A stretch of 62,141 nt of DNA from Candidatus Aenigmatarchaeota archaeon (lineage in GTDB: Archaea > Aenigmatarchaeota > Aenigmatarchaeia > Aenigmatarchaeales > Aenigmatarchaeaceae), in contig WVXN01000047.1 in the NCBI GenBank assembly GCA_011773475.1, positions 1,979 to 64,119 of the forward strand. The letters are read 5' to 3'. Under the pieces are notes generated by a model that made no database searches, was not told the DNA's origin, and saw only the letters and a program-made list of their open reading frames with translations. The translations under genes were made by a program, and so were the position numbers. Positions 8,069 to 18,246 of the stretch are shown here, one piece after another (positions within the stretch are counted from its first letter, which is position 1; every line of letters begins with the position of its first letter).

Positions 8069-8944
8069 TCATCTCACCATTAAAGGTCTTTTTGTTTTTA
8101 TCATTCCCATAAAAAAATATTGAAAAACTGCTAAACCAAGAACTATTAAAGGAAATATTAGTTTTGGAATTTGGAGCCCTGCAAAAGAAGATAAAATAAT
8201 TAAAAATGTTATTCCCAATGTTGGCATGATTATTGCAATTAACATGTAAATTAATGTGTAGGGGCTTAATTCTTGGCCGTATTTTCTTATTGCTATTATT
8301 TGTTCTTGTGTTAAATTATGAACAATTGCTTCAAGGGCATTACCAATATCACTGCCCGCCTTAATCGAATTTGTTAATTGCCACAAAGTTCTTCTAAAGT
8401 ATAAAGAAGGATTTCTTCTAGATGCTTCTTCTAAAGCTTTTATTTCAGATTTTCCAGCATTTATCTCTTTAACTACTTTTTTAAATTCTTCGCTTATTTC
8501 TCCATAACCTGTGCTTATGCTTATCATTGAATTAAAAAGTGGAACACCTGATTTAATTTCTATTAACATATGTTGTAAAGAATTTAACAGATCAGATTCC
8601 AGGACTTTCATTCTTCTGCTAGCAACAAGTCTCGGATATTGTATTAAATAAAAGAAAACGAAAAGAGAAAAAACACCACCAACCGCAAAAGGCAAGAAAA
8701 AATCTACTTTACCAGCAATAAAACCTATCCAAAAAACCAGTGGTGTCAATATTATAAAATAAAAAATAGTTGTTAATACAATCAAAGATGCATACTCTCT
8801 AGGTCTTAGTCCAATTTTAGCCTGATAAAGATTTAGTTTCAAAGAAGGAAAGGATCTACATATAATATCTCCAAATTTCGAAAAATGTGCCACTGCTTCT
8901 TTTGATGCTTTTTTAAGTGGAAAGGGAACAAAAGGAATTATCAT
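8069..8944 (-). CDS. Pilus platform membrane protein, T2SS-F domain (TadB/FlaJ-like half)
   Basis: Same architecture as 7076-8068. Abuts neighbours with 0-1 nt gaps. Confidence 0.72.
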   Translation of the reverse strand: MIIPFVPFPLKKASKEAVAHFSKFGDIICRSFPSLKLNLYQAKIGLRPREYASLIVLTTIFYFIILTPLVFWIGFIAGKVDFFLPFAVGGVFSLFVFFYLIQYPRLVASRRMKVLESDLLNSLQHMLIEIKSGVPLFNSMISISTGYGEISEEFKKVVKEINAGKSEIKALEEASRRNPSLYFRRTLWQLTNSIKAGSDIGNALEAIVHNLTQEQIIAIRKYGQELSPYTLIYMLIAIIMPTLGITFLIILSSFAGLQIPKLIFPLIVLGLAVFQYFFMGMIKTKRPLMVR

Positions 8945-8945
8945 T

Positions 8946-10496
8946 TTAAACAGCTTTTTCGAGCTCTTTCATTAAACTTGCATCAAGGACTTCTTGTGCT
9001 TTACCTTTTTTATTAACTATTTTTAATATTTTTTCTTTATCATGATAATAATCAGCAACAACTTTTCCTACAGTGTTTACAGTATTTATTCCGTTTTCTA
9101 ACATCCATTGTAAAACAGTTTCTTTCTCCTTTAAGTCTTTTTCCATTTCATCGTCTGTCATTCCTGTGTGCATTCTTATCTCATCTATCAGCCTTATACT
9201 GTCTCTAACTTTTATTATCTTATCAGTTTGAGGTTTCCACCTATACAATGTTTCTAATCTTGCTTTTGCCTCACCTCTTGCACCTCCTGGAAGTAATTCT
9301 GCTACTTGTAAGGTTCTTCTTATTCCTCTTCTTCTGTGTCTAAATTGAACTATAACTAAATGTAAGGATTCTAACAAAGATTCTGGTAGATTAATAGGCG
9401 GGTTAGTTAGTCTTCTTATTACTTGCTCAGCAGTATCAGCGTGTAAAGTTGCATAAACACTATGACCAGTGTGCATTGCCTCAAATAAAACTTCAGCTTC
9501 TGCTTGTCTTCTTATCTCCCCTACAACAACTCTATCAGGTCTCATTCTCAATGAATTAACTAATAAATCTAACATTGATATTTCTCCTTTTCCTTCTGGG
9601 TTTGGTTCTCTTGTTGTTAAAGGGATCCAATGCAAGAAATCCGGAAGTCTCAACTCTCTTGTGTCTTCTATTGAAATTATTCTATGACTTACTGGTACGA
9701 ATGGCATTAAAGAATTTAATACTGAAGTTTTTCCTGAAGCAGTTCCACCAGCAACTAATATGTTCAATTCATATTGCATACACAACCATAATAGTGCAGA
9801 TATTTCCATAGAAAGTGTTTTATTACTAGGATGAATAAAATGTATCATTGTCCAAGGTTCCCTCCTAAATTTTCTTATCGTTATAGTATTTCCTTTTGTT
9901 GATATTGGAAACAGAGTAGCATTAACTCTATCTCCAGTTATTAAGTGAGCGTCCATCAAAGGACTTAAATTAGTTATTTCTCTTCCAACTTTTCTTCCAA
10001 TTAAGCTCGCATAATTATATATTTGTTCTTCTGAGGGAATTATTATGTTTGTTTTTAACCATCCATACTTTTTATGAAATACCCAAGCACATTCAGTAGA
10101 ATTGTTTATAACCAGTTCTTCTAAGTCATCATCATTTAATACAACTTCAAGTCTTCCCAAGCCAAGCATCTCGTGAACCAGATATCCGGCTAATATGTTT
10201 TTCTCTTCATCTGGAACCTTCGGCATTTCTTTACCAATAGTTTCAAGAGCGCTCGCTAAAAATCTTTTCTTAATGCCTTCCATAGCTTTAGGATCTAAAA
10301 TTTCACTTACCTCTATTTTTACAACTTCTATTAATTTTTCTTTTATAGAATCTAATATAGCTCTTGTTGCAGGTTCTACTGCTGGAAACTTCACTTCATA
10401 AACAGGAGTATATTCTTCAGGTCTTTTTATAATACTAACTCTTCCAGGTACTTTATCTGATTCTATCTGATAAGTATCAATTGTTTCCTTTACCAT
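8946..10496 (-). CDS. Type II/IV secretion ATPase (FlaI/PilB/VirB11 family)
   Basis: Walker A GGTASGKTS, Asp box IEDTREL, Walker B RPDRVVVGEIR, His box GHSVYATLHA. Confidence 0.92.
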   Translation of the reverse strand: MVKETIDTYQIESDKVPGRVSIIKRPEEYTPVYEVKFPAVEPATRAILDSIKEKLIEVVKIEVSEILDPKAMEGIKKRFLASALETIGKEMPKVPDEEKNILAGYLVHEMLGLGRLEVVLNDDDLEELVINNSTECAWVFHKKYGWLKTNIIIPSEEQIYNYASLIGRKVGREITNLSPLMDAHLITGDRVNATLFPISTKGNTITIRKFRREPWTMIHFIHPSNKTLSMEISALLWLCMQYELNILVAGGTASGKTSVLNSLMPFVPVSHRIISIEDTRELRLPDFLHWIPLTTREPNPEGKGEISMLDLLVNSLRMRPDRVVVGEIRRQAEAEVLFEAMHTGHSVYATLHADTAEQVIRRLTNPPINLPESLLESLHLVIVQFRHRRRGIRRTLQVAELLPGGARGEAKARLETLYRWKPQTDKIIKVRDSIRLIDEIRMHTGMTDDEMEKDLKEKETVLQWMLENGINTVNTVGKVVADYYHDKEKILKIVNKKGKAQEVLDASLMKELEKAV

Positions 10497-10500
10497 TCTT

Positions 10501-11340
10501 TCACCAAAAATCCTTATAAATATTTGACTTTTTCTTGGCTTTAATTTTCTTATTTTTTACTTTTTGTTCTATCTTAGAAATTTTTTTGTCTATTTTTTTA
10601 TGTTTCTTTTTAATTTTCTCTGTTTTTTTCTCATGTCTTCCAAACAGTCTTCTCAATGGGTTTACAGTATGTATTTTTTTACCTTTTAAAACTAGCTTTG
10701 TTAATTTAATTTCTGCGTCCAGATTTTCTATATCGTTTCTTATTTCTTCTCTCATCTCTTCTAGATTTTTTATTTGCTCTCCATGTGCTTCTATAAATTC
10801 AATTTTTTCATTTATTTTTTTGTCAATTGATTCTACACTCGATTTTAAATCATCAAAGTTTTTTACTATTTCTTCAGCTACTTTTTCTATTTCCTTTGTA
10901 TCCTTAATTACTTCCCGTTTTTTACTTTCTAAGGATTCTAAAATTTTAAGGTTTTTTTCCACACCTTCTAATTTTTTACGTAATTCTTTTTCTAATTTAG
11001 ATACTTTCTTGTCTGTTACTTCTACTTTCTTTTCAGTTTCAGTTATTTTTTTCTCAAAAAGTTTTGACTTTTTTTCAATCTTTTTTCTTTCCTTTTCAAT
11101 TTTTTTAGTTATTTTTCCACTTTTAATTTTTTTGAGAATTATAATAGGTTCCCCAATTGCTGGATATCTCATTTCTACAAAATCACGCTCTTCTAGAATT
11201 CTAACCCATTGTTCTATTTGAGTCCGTGTAACTCCAAGAGATTCGGATGCTTCACTAATACTTATCTTCTCCCTCTCTTTAATTAATTTTATAAGTTTAT
11301 CAATTGGAGTTTCTATAATCATTTCTTTTAATTCAGTCAT
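10501..11340 (-). CDS. Winged-helix N-terminal domain plus long Lys/Glu coiled-coil protein
   Basis: N-terminal ISISEASESLGVTRTQIEQWVRILEERDFVE (HTH-like), then ~200 aa of KE-rich heptad-like sequence. 4 nt upstream of the ATPase gene. Confidence 0.6.
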   Translation of the reverse strand: MTELKEMIIETPIDKLIKLIKEREKISISEASESLGVTRTQIEQWVRILEERDFVEMRYPAIGEPIIILKKIKSGKITKKIEKERKKIEKKSKLFEKKITETEKKVEVTDKKVSKLEKELRKKLEGVEKNLKILESLESKKREVIKDTKEIEKVAEEIVKNFDDLKSSVESIDKKINEKIEFIEAHGEQIKNLEEMREEIRNDIENLDAEIKLTKLVLKGKKIHTVNPLRRLFGRHEKKTEKIKKKHKKIDKKISKIEQKVKNKKIKAKKKSNIYKDFW

Positions 11341-11358
11341 TTAATTCCCCTATTCAAA

Positions 11359-12585
11359 TTATAGTTCATTAACACCATATATAGTTTCATGATTTGAGTC
11401 TATCTTAAACCAATCAAATACAGGATCATAATCACCATTTCTTATTGAACTTCCTCCAGTCATATTCCAATACATATAATCAACACAACTTAAATTGTAA
11501 TATACTACTATATCTGCATCAGATATAGCTGGTAAGTAAACAAATGATTCCAAGCCATAATTGTATTTACCTGAGAGTTTTAACCTACCTTCTAATCTAT
11601 CTAAAAAACTTGCTCCGTCAATAGAAGGTTTATAATAGCCATTCCGCATGGCTAAAGTTAGGTTTTGTAAATCCCAAACCTTTTTTGTTTGTGCATCTAA
11701 ATATATTCTTGTTTCATTTTCAATTATTGTTACAGCATTTGTTGCTCCTGATATTATAGCTTGTCCTGTAAAAGTTTCGGGAATTGCTGTATCGCCTTCA
11801 GATACGACTCCTGCAAACGAGGAAGCTATAGCTTCTTTACCTACTATAGTATCTGTTACAAGTACTCTGCTAGAATTGATATCGACTGCTTGTAAATCTG
11901 CGTTTAGCTTAACAAAAGCATAACCACTGTTAGAACCAGATGAATTAGAACCCCCAACTAAATTTTTACTATAATCACTGAAATTATAATATCTTATTAC
12001 TTTGAATACCCTACCTAATGTATTCAACGGGAACAAAGGATCTTCTATGCCATCTATAGAGACAATAGACTTTGCAGTTATATTTCTTAAAATACCCATT
12101 TTTGCGTTCTCATCTGAAATATTTACCAAAACTTTAATTTCAAACAAAATGTTAAAACTACTGTTTTGTGTCACATTGGTTTCTGTAATCTTTAATGATA
12201 GATCAAAACCCGAATTACTTGCTATATCACTCACATTTTTTTCCCATCTCTTTAAATTGTCTTTATCGACAAGCGGAGAATAATTTCCTTTTAAAGTTCC
12301 ATTTTCTATTAACTCTCTTAATCTTAGTTGTGCATCATCAAGGGGAGTTCCACTGATTGTAATATTCGATACTGCTGATATCAAAGCTCTTTTTCCTACT
12401 ATTTCCATGAATCTTTGTAAATCAGTTTCAATACTGTCTACAAAATATTTGAGCTCGTGAGCTCTGATGCTAATATCAATATTTTTCTGTCCTATTTGAG
12501 AATGGAAAAATATGATACCGAATATTGGAACAATAATCAAAGCAGCCATTATACTATAAAGCAAACCTCTCATATCTACACCCAC
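11359..12585 (-). CDS. Pilin-like protein with class-III-type N-terminus (408 aa)
   Basis: MRGLLYSIMAALIIVPIFGIIF start, Asn/Ser/Thr-rich body with many N-x-S/T sequons. Start overlaps the upstream gene by 10 nt. Confidence 0.6.
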   Translation of the reverse strand: MGVDMRGLLYSIMAALIIVPIFGIIFFHSQIGQKNIDISIRAHELKYFVDSIETDLQRFMEIVGKRALISAVSNITISGTPLDDAQLRLRELIENGTLKGNYSPLVDKDNLKRWEKNVSDIASNSGFDLSLKITETNVTQNSSFNILFEIKVLVNISDENAKMGILRNITAKSIVSIDGIEDPLFPLNTLGRVFKVIRYYNFSDYSKNLVGGSNSSGSNSGYAFVKLNADLQAVDINSSRVLVTDTIVGKEAIASSFAGVVSEGDTAIPETFTGQAIISGATNAVTIIENETRIYLDAQTKKVWDLQNLTLAMRNGYYKPSIDGASFLDRLEGRLKLSGKYNYGLESFVYLPAISDADIVVYYNLSCVDYMYWNMTGGSSIRNGDYDPVFDWFKIDSNHETIYGVNEL

Positions 12586-14465
12586 GTTCTAACTCTTGCG
12601 CTAAATGGTCCCCACATATAAGGAACACCGGAAACTCTAACAGCATCCACGACCATTTCCATAGCTGAAATGTCATCACCCAATATATCCTCCAATCTTA
12701 TTACAGCATCATCAATAGCGTCAGTTTCATTTTCAAATGTTTCACCGTAACCTACAGATGCAGGTACTAAAAATGTAACGTCTCCAAAAGAGTCTCCCGG
12801 ATTAATAGAATATCCATCACTAAAATTAAGTTCAAATTTATTATCACCGCTAATCATAACACCTTCTGGGTTAGTGTCATAACCGAATCTAGCAAATGCC
12901 TTAATAAAAGGATCACTTGATGCATTGCTTGGATCATGATTATAAACTGTAATGTCATTTGCTCTTGCAAGCTGTAAAGGATCATATCCATCCCAGTGGC
13001 CCCATGGGTATTGCCATCTAGCCATCAAAGGAATTTTGCTTGTTAAGTTAAAGTCCCATCTTATATACCTATAAAATTCTGAAACACCAAAGTTGGGATC
13101 AACATCTTCGGCAATATAATCTTCAAGTACTCTTGTCATGTCAATGTAATTATATATTGCTCCTATGTCAATAAGTTGAGAATAATTCAAAGCAATGTAA
13201 GAATCTTCACCAACTATTTTCCTCTCGTAGCTTATTGGTTCATTCTCATGGTAAGGATCAATCTCAAAAATAAACCAGAAAAATCTACCAGTTAACATGT
13301 TATATGAAATTCCATTAGAATTTAAAACATTTTTTATTTCTGTGTCATTCCAGTCAACTGTTCCATTCGTAACATTCTTTATATTTATATCATAAGTCTC
13401 TCCGTTCCACATAAATTTCGCTGTCACATTTTTTACTTCTGTTTCATTTGTAAGATTAATATGAATACTCATGTTATAAATCTCACCAACAGTAAATATC
13501 GGTTTTCTATATTCTATAGATGCTTCTGAAATTGTATTTTGAAGATATTGTCTTCCGAAGTCCACCAATGTTGTCAATTGGGAAGTATTGTATACTATAA
13601 CTAAATGTGTTGCTCCATCATCGCCAGCAGTCGGTTCACTAGCATATTTTCTATACGATATATGGCCTATATTATGTCCTGGTTGTAGTAGATGTATATA
13701 ATCTCCTGATTCTAATTTTGTATTTCCTATTGCCCCTTCACATCCAGGTATGTTTTCACCATTCATGTAACAACTAAATTTATTTATTATCCCCCAAGTT
13801 GCTTCTATGAACCAATAAGTATCTAGAATAGTAGCATCTTCTGGTATATCTGCAATATAACTTACATTTATTTTATTTTGAGCACTCTCGACACTGCTAG
13901 TTATAATATCACCCATTACAACAAGTGTATTATTTTTACTTATTTTTCTAGCTATAGCTCTTGCAACATAACCTTCCGTAGACTTACCTCTTTCATAACC
14001 TGAAACAATCCTCCCAGAAGAAATCTCTATTGTTGAATTTTCATAACTTGGTCTTACTGTATCTGAAGAATTATAAATGGGGTCATTGTTTATTAGGAAT
14101 TCATAACCAATGTTACTTGGAACAAAATCATCTAAAATATCTTTTGTCAAATTTGCTGCTTCAGATATATTTCCAGATGACCATAAAGCACCTATAACAT
14201 CTATTGTTTTTTCATCTAAATCGGTCTGATTTAAAATACCGTCCGTTATATATTGATTTAAAAGAGTTTGATTATCAACAACATCTCTAAGCTTAGAGTT
14301 AGAAAGGACTGTTAATATATCTTCTGATATGAAATGTAGTTGTTGTGAAGCCAAGAGTGGTGATGCTACTTTGGTTCTAAAGAAAATTAATCCACTTATT
14401 ACTCCTATTATTATACCAAGAGCTATCAGAGCATCTATAGTGAAGACAATAGCTTTCATATCCAA
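12576..14465 (-). CDS. Large pilin-like / putative tip or adhesin protein (629 aa)
   Basis: MDMKAIVFTIDALIALGIIIGVISG N-terminus, no further TM, many N-x-S/T sequons. Translationally coupled on both sides. Confidence 0.6.
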   Translation of the reverse strand: MDMKAIVFTIDALIALGIIIGVISGLIFFRTKVASPLLASQQLHFISEDILTVLSNSKLRDVVDNQTLLNQYITDGILNQTDLDEKTIDVIGALWSSGNISEAANLTKDILDDFVPSNIGYEFLINNDPIYNSSDTVRPSYENSTIEISSGRIVSGYERGKSTEGYVARAIARKISKNNTLVVMGDIITSSVESAQNKINVSYIADIPEDATILDTYWFIEATWGIINKFSCYMNGENIPGCEGAIGNTKLESGDYIHLLQPGHNIGHISYRKYASEPTAGDDGATHLVIVYNTSQLTTLVDFGRQYLQNTISEASIEYRKPIFTVGEIYNMSIHINLTNETEVKNVTAKFMWNGETYDINIKNVTNGTVDWNDTEIKNVLNSNGISYNMLTGRFFWFIFEIDPYHENEPISYERKIVGEDSYIALNYSQLIDIGAIYNYIDMTRVLEDYIAEDVDPNFGVSEFYRYIRWDFNLTSKIPLMARWQYPWGHWDGYDPLQLARANDITVYNHDPSNASSDPFIKAFARFGYDTNPEGVMISGDNKFELNFSDGYSINPGDSFGDVTFLVPASVGYGETFENETDAIDDAVIRLEDILGDDISAMEMVVDAVRVSGVPYMWGPFSARVRTWV

Positions 14466-14944
14466 ACACCAACGTTTAAAATAGCTTTTGTTGTATTACC
14501 ATTAAAATCAACTAAACATAGTCTTTTTACATAGAAAACTTGACTAGAACTTTCATCTTCTTCAATACCATAACTATAGCCGTCTATAATATCATCTGTC
14601 TTATTTCTAATATCAATATAAATTTCATAACCTCCAACACCCATTATCCTCTTTGCAGTATAATATTCAATTTTTTGAAGTTCTTCAAATTTAGTTAAGT
14701 TTATCAGACCATCACTAAAAAATCCTATAACTTTTACACTATCATTATTCCAGTATTCTGGAAATCCGGTGCTTGTTACTAGAACATCTGCTATACTATT
14801 AACTTTGGCCTGTATGTCATCACGTATTTTATAATCGTTTATTTCTGCATGTAGACTACCATAAAATACTTCAAATATAACTAATCCTATTAAAAATAAG
14901 GATAATCCTAAAACAAAATCTGAAGAGAATATTTCAGCTTTCAA
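14456..14944 (-). CDS. Minor pilin-like protein (162 aa)
   Basis: MKAEIFSSDFVLGLSLFLIGLVIF class-III-like N-terminus. 10-11 nt overlaps with neighbours. Confidence 0.6.
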   Translation of the reverse strand: MKAEIFSSDFVLGLSLFLIGLVIFEVFYGSLHAEINDYKIRDDIQAKVNSIADVLVTSTGFPEYWNNDSVKVIGFFSDGLINLTKFEELQKIEYYTAKRIMGVGGYEIYIDIRNKTDDIIDGYSYGIEEDESSSQVFYVKRLCLVDFNGNTTKAILNVGVWI

Positions 14945-15344
14945 TTAATACCAACCCCTCGTCATTCTTTATTTTTATTTTAATTAATCCCGGTTCCACT
15001 GTTCCACTAACCCTTTCTGTAATTATGTTAGCTATAGCTTTTTTGTCATCCCATTTAACTTCAACAAATCTAAAATCAGTATTAATAGAAACATTATATT
15101 CTATGTTATTTACAAGTTTTTTAGGTATTGAAAATTCTCTATAGTATCCTTCCATACTTGCTGCAAAATTAATTTCATTTGCTATTAAATTAGCCATGTT
15201 TTGCGCTTCTGAAAAGATAATTGATTCTGATACATCATTATATCTTAAACCAACTATAATTAAAACAGAAATAAAAACAATTAGTATAAAGCCAACTAAA
15301 CTAATGAATTCCGAAGAAACCTCAGACTTCCGTAATGTTAACAT
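14934..15344 (-). CDS. Minor pilin-like protein (136 aa)
   Basis: RKS|EVSSEFISLVGFILIVF N-terminus. Overlapping starts and stops. Confidence 0.6.
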   Translation of the reverse strand: MLTLRKSEVSSEFISLVGFILIVFISVLIIVGLRYNDVSESIIFSEAQNMANLIANEINFAASMEGYYREFSIPKKLVNNIEYNVSINTDFRFVEVKWDDKKAIANIITERVSGTVEPGLIKIKIKNDEGLVLIES

Positions 15345-15729
15345 AATTATCCTCAGCTTTTATCTTTACTCTCTTTATTCCTTGCGTATTTGATATAGAA
15401 CCTTGTAAATCTGCTTTTGATGTTGCAAAAATATCAGTTATGCCACCAGCTACTCTGACTTTCATTAAAACAGTTTTGCCATTAATAGTTATTGATTCCA
15501 CTCCTTCAGGAATATAAACTGATGTTAGTGTAAGCGAGGTAGGTTTTCCTTGTGTGTTTACTATGTTTGCAGTGTCTACTATTTCATGTGACGCAGCTAT
15601 AGCGTTTGATATTCTTATTTCTTCTTTATTCCTTTCTGTAATCTGTAATGCATATGCTACTAAAACTAATACTAATGCTATGACTATTGAAAAAATCATT
15701 AAATATTCAAAAGCAGCTTGGCTCTTCAT
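15322..15729 (-). CDS. Archaeal type IV pilin-like protein (135 aa), first gene of the pilus operon
   Basis: MKSQAAFEYLMIFSIVIALVLVLV closely resembles the N-terminus of the 6554-7021 pilin. Confidence 0.7.
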   Translation of the reverse strand: MKSQAAFEYLMIFSIVIALVLVLVAYALQITERNKEEIRISNAIAASHEIVDTANIVNTQGKPTSLTLTSVYIPEGVESITINGKTVLMKVRVAGGITDIFATSKADLQGSISNTQGIKRVKIKAEDNYVNITEV

Positions 15730-15792
15730 AGGTAAAAATTGTTAAACCTTTAAGAAAAAGATTACTTATTTAGTTAAAAATAATAATATTAT

Positions 15793-17460
15793 ATGATTTT
15801 TATGCAAAATCCTTGGTTAGACTTAAAACAAGAAATAGCAAAACAACTAGACATAGGTATAGAAGAAATAGAAGAACCAGAAAAATATGGAGATTTTGCT
15901 TATCCTTGCTTTTCTTTATCAAAAAAATTAAAAAAAGATCCTAAAGAAATTGCCAAAGAATTAGCTAAAAAACTAAAAATAAAACATATTGAAAAAATAG
16001 AAGCCATAGGACCTTATGTAAATTTTTATATTGTTTGGAAAAAGTTTGGTCAAGATTTATTAAAATCTGTAAATGAAAAATATGGAGGTTTTATAGTAAA
16101 AGATAAGAAAGCTTTAATTGAACATACTAGCATAAATCCCAATGCTTCTCCTCATGTTGGTAGAGCAAGAAATGCTATTATTGGGGACTCTTTAGTTAGA
16201 TTAATTAAATTCCTAGGTTATGAAACAGAAGTTCACTATCTTGTTAATGATGTTGGAAAACAAATATCTGTTTTAGTTTATGGTGTTATGAATAAAGACA
16301 CTAAAGATCTGAAATTTGAGGACTTGTTGAAAATATATATTGAAACAAGTAAAAAGGTAAGCGAAAATCCTGAGGATGAGAAAAAGGTTTTTGAAATTCT
16401 TTCAAAATTTGAAAAAGGAGATAAAAAAACCATGAATTTGTTTAAAAAAATAGTTTCTTTGTGTATCAATGGTCAGGAAGAAATATTATCTAAACTGGGT
16501 ATAAAATATGATTTTTTCGATTATGAGAGTGACTATATTATTAATAAAAAAACTAATGAAGCTTTAGAAAAACTTGAAAAAACAGATAGAATTTTTACAG
16601 ACGAAAATGGTAGAAAGGTTCTTGATTTAAAAGGTTTTGATATACCCATGGAGTCTCCAGCTTTTGTTTTATTAAGATCAGATGGAACAAGTTTGTATAA
16701 TCTAAAAGATATAGCGTACACTATAGACAAAATTAATAAAGCAAAGGATCTTAACATTGTTGTTCTGGGAGAAGATCATAAACTTTATTTTAAACAATTG
16801 TCAGCAGCATTAAGAATTTTAAAATATGAACCACCAAAAGTTATTCACTATGCTTTTGTTTTGTTGCCATCAGGAAAAATGAGCACAAGAAAAGGAGAAC
16901 TGGTTTTATTAACAGATTTTATTAATGAAGCTTGTGAAAAAGCTTTAAAAGAAATTGAAAAAAGATATCCAGAACTATCTAAAGAAGAAAAAGAAACAAG
17001 AGCAAAAAAAGTTGCTGTTGGGGCTATTAGATATAGTATAGTAAAAATTAGCCCTGAAAAAAATGTTATGTTTGTTTGGGATGAAGCTTTAAGATTCGAT
17101 GGTAACACAGGTCCTTATCTTCAATATACATATGCAAGATCAAATTCTATATTAAAAAAAGCTAAGCTAAAAGACTTTGATGTAAAATATCTAAAAGATG
17201 AAAGAGAAAAAAAAATATTAAAATCATTAGCTAAATATCCACAGATTTTAGAAAAGTCTTTGAATGAATTGAAACCTCACTACATAGCAAATTATTTATA
17301 TGAACTAGCAGATGTATTCAACTCTTTTTACCAATCATTACCAGTTTTAAATTCTGAGGAGAATTTAAAGAACGCTAGATTAAAACTTGTGGATTCAGTA
17401 AAAAATGTTTTAGAAACTGGTTTAGAATTGCTAGGCATACCGACTTTAGAGAAAATGTGA
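15793..17460 (+). CDS. argS: Arginyl-tRNA synthetase
   Basis: HIGH-region variant NPNASPHVGRARN, KMSK-type motif GKMSTRKG, C-terminal anticodon-binding (DALR-like) region. 555 aa. Confidence 0.9.
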   Translation: MIFMQNPWLDLKQEIAKQLDIGIEEIEEPEKYGDFAYPCFSLSKKLKKDPKEIAKELAKKLKIKHIEKIEAIGPYVNFYIVWKKFGQDLLKSVNEKYGGFIVKDKKALIEHTSINPNASPHVGRARNAIIGDSLVRLIKFLGYETEVHYLVNDVGKQISVLVYGVMNKDTKDLKFEDLLKIYIETSKKVSENPEDEKKVFEILSKFEKGDKKTMNLFKKIVSLCINGQEEILSKLGIKYDFFDYESDYIINKKTNEALEKLEKTDRIFTDENGRKVLDLKGFDIPMESPAFVLLRSDGTSLYNLKDIAYTIDKINKAKDLNIVVLGEDHKLYFKQLSAALRILKYEPPKVIHYAFVLLPSGKMSTRKGELVLLTDFINEACEKALKEIEKRYPELSKEEKETRAKKVAVGAIRYSIVKISPEKNVMFVWDEALRFDGNTGPYLQYTYARSNSILKKAKLKDFDVKYLKDEREKKILKSLAKYPQILEKSLNELKPHYIANYLYELADVFNSFYQSLPVLNSEENLKNARLKLVDSVKNVLETGLELLGIPTLEKM

Positions 17461-17461
17461 A

Positions 17462-17968
17462 TTAAGAAAAATCTAAAAGAGATTGAACCTTTTCTATAGA
17501 ACTGTAAATATTATCAATATTAACCCCTATTATTGGAACCTGGAAATTCTTTTTTTGCATTTCATTTTCAAGTTCTTCTATTAAGATTCCCTTTCCCGGA
17601 CTACTCTTTCTACCATTCTTTATTTGATGGACAGCACAGGTGACAGAAAGCTCTACACCTAGAATGGCAATCACACTATAATTTTTTCTAAGATAATTTT
17701 CTATTTGATTTATAAGATTGATAGATAGTTTATGGCAGTGCTTTCTATATCCATTTGTTTCGTAAGAATCTCTTGATTTTACTCTTCTGTCCAAACCACC
17801 GTTAAAATCTAATTGAGGGCATGGCAGCTGAACTATTCCTACACCTGATGCTGCAAACAATTCTAACAAGTCTTTAAATGATCCAGCAAATTTTTCCCTT
17901 CCAACAGCTCTTACATTTTGATTTAAAAGACAATGAGATACAAAAATAATTTTTTTGCTACGTTCCAT
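17462..17968 (-). CDS. DUF523/TudS-like Cys-rich protein, paralogue B
   Basis: VSHCLLNQN, QLPCPQ and SVTCAV motifs. C-terminal ~50 aa are ~65% identical to 4964-5437, and the DNA is ~80% identical over ~95 nt in inverted orientation. Confidence 0.55.
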   Translation of the reverse strand: MERSKKIIFVSHCLLNQNVRAVGREKFAGSFKDLLELFAASGVGIVQLPCPQLDFNGGLDRRVKSRDSYETNGYRKHCHKLSINLINQIENYLRKNYSVIAILGVELSVTCAVHQIKNGRKSSPGKGILIEELENEMQKKNFQVPIIGVNIDNIYSSIEKVQSLLDFS

Positions 17969-18044
17969 CTTATTATCACAATATAATATTATAGTTTTTT
18001 GGTTTTATAAACTTACTCGTTGTCAGTAGTAAATGTATAAGGTT

Positions 18045-18069
18045 AAACGACAAATGACGATTGTCGTTT
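18045..18069. promoter_or_regulatory. Perfect 9-bp inverted repeat (possible operator)
   Basis: aaacgacaa (18045-18053) - 7 nt - ttgtcgttt (18061-18069), inside the 278-bp AT-rich divergent region between 17968 and 18247. Confidence 0.3.
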
Positions 18070-18246
18070 TAAATTTTAAATAATCTTGAAAAACTATTAC
18101 TTTAATAATCAATTTATCTTTTAAATTTTTGTTTTGAAAGTTTTTTAATTTTATATTTTTAGAAAGATTTTTAAAGTTTTAGAAAGTACTATTCAATACG
18201 TCATTTATTAACTAAAATAAGAGAGTGAAAAATAAAATATTAAAAA

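Noticed and set aside
10535-11221. 228-aa plus-strand ORF (Phe/Ser/Leu-rich), and many similar track ORFs lying antisense to or inside larger genes. Examples: 708-902, 1975-2199, 3722-3988, 4527-4745, 7605-7802, 9469-9811, 10195-10401, 11648-12283, 16278-17108, 18622-18891, 19183-19611, 21477-21773, 22136-22474, 22377-22673, 29047-29424, 42339-42764, 53324-54505, 56240-56452, 56628-57386.
   Set aside because: Each lies fully inside a longer ORF with recognisable motifs or a coherent operon context. Their compositions are the mirror image of AT-rich, Lys/Glu-rich coding DNA, where antisense frames stay open by chance.
17969-18246. The 278-bp AT-rich intergenic region as a replication origin
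   Set aside because: No Orc1/Cdc6 gene adjacent and no ORB-like repeated boxes. It is simply a long divergent promoter region with one palindrome.
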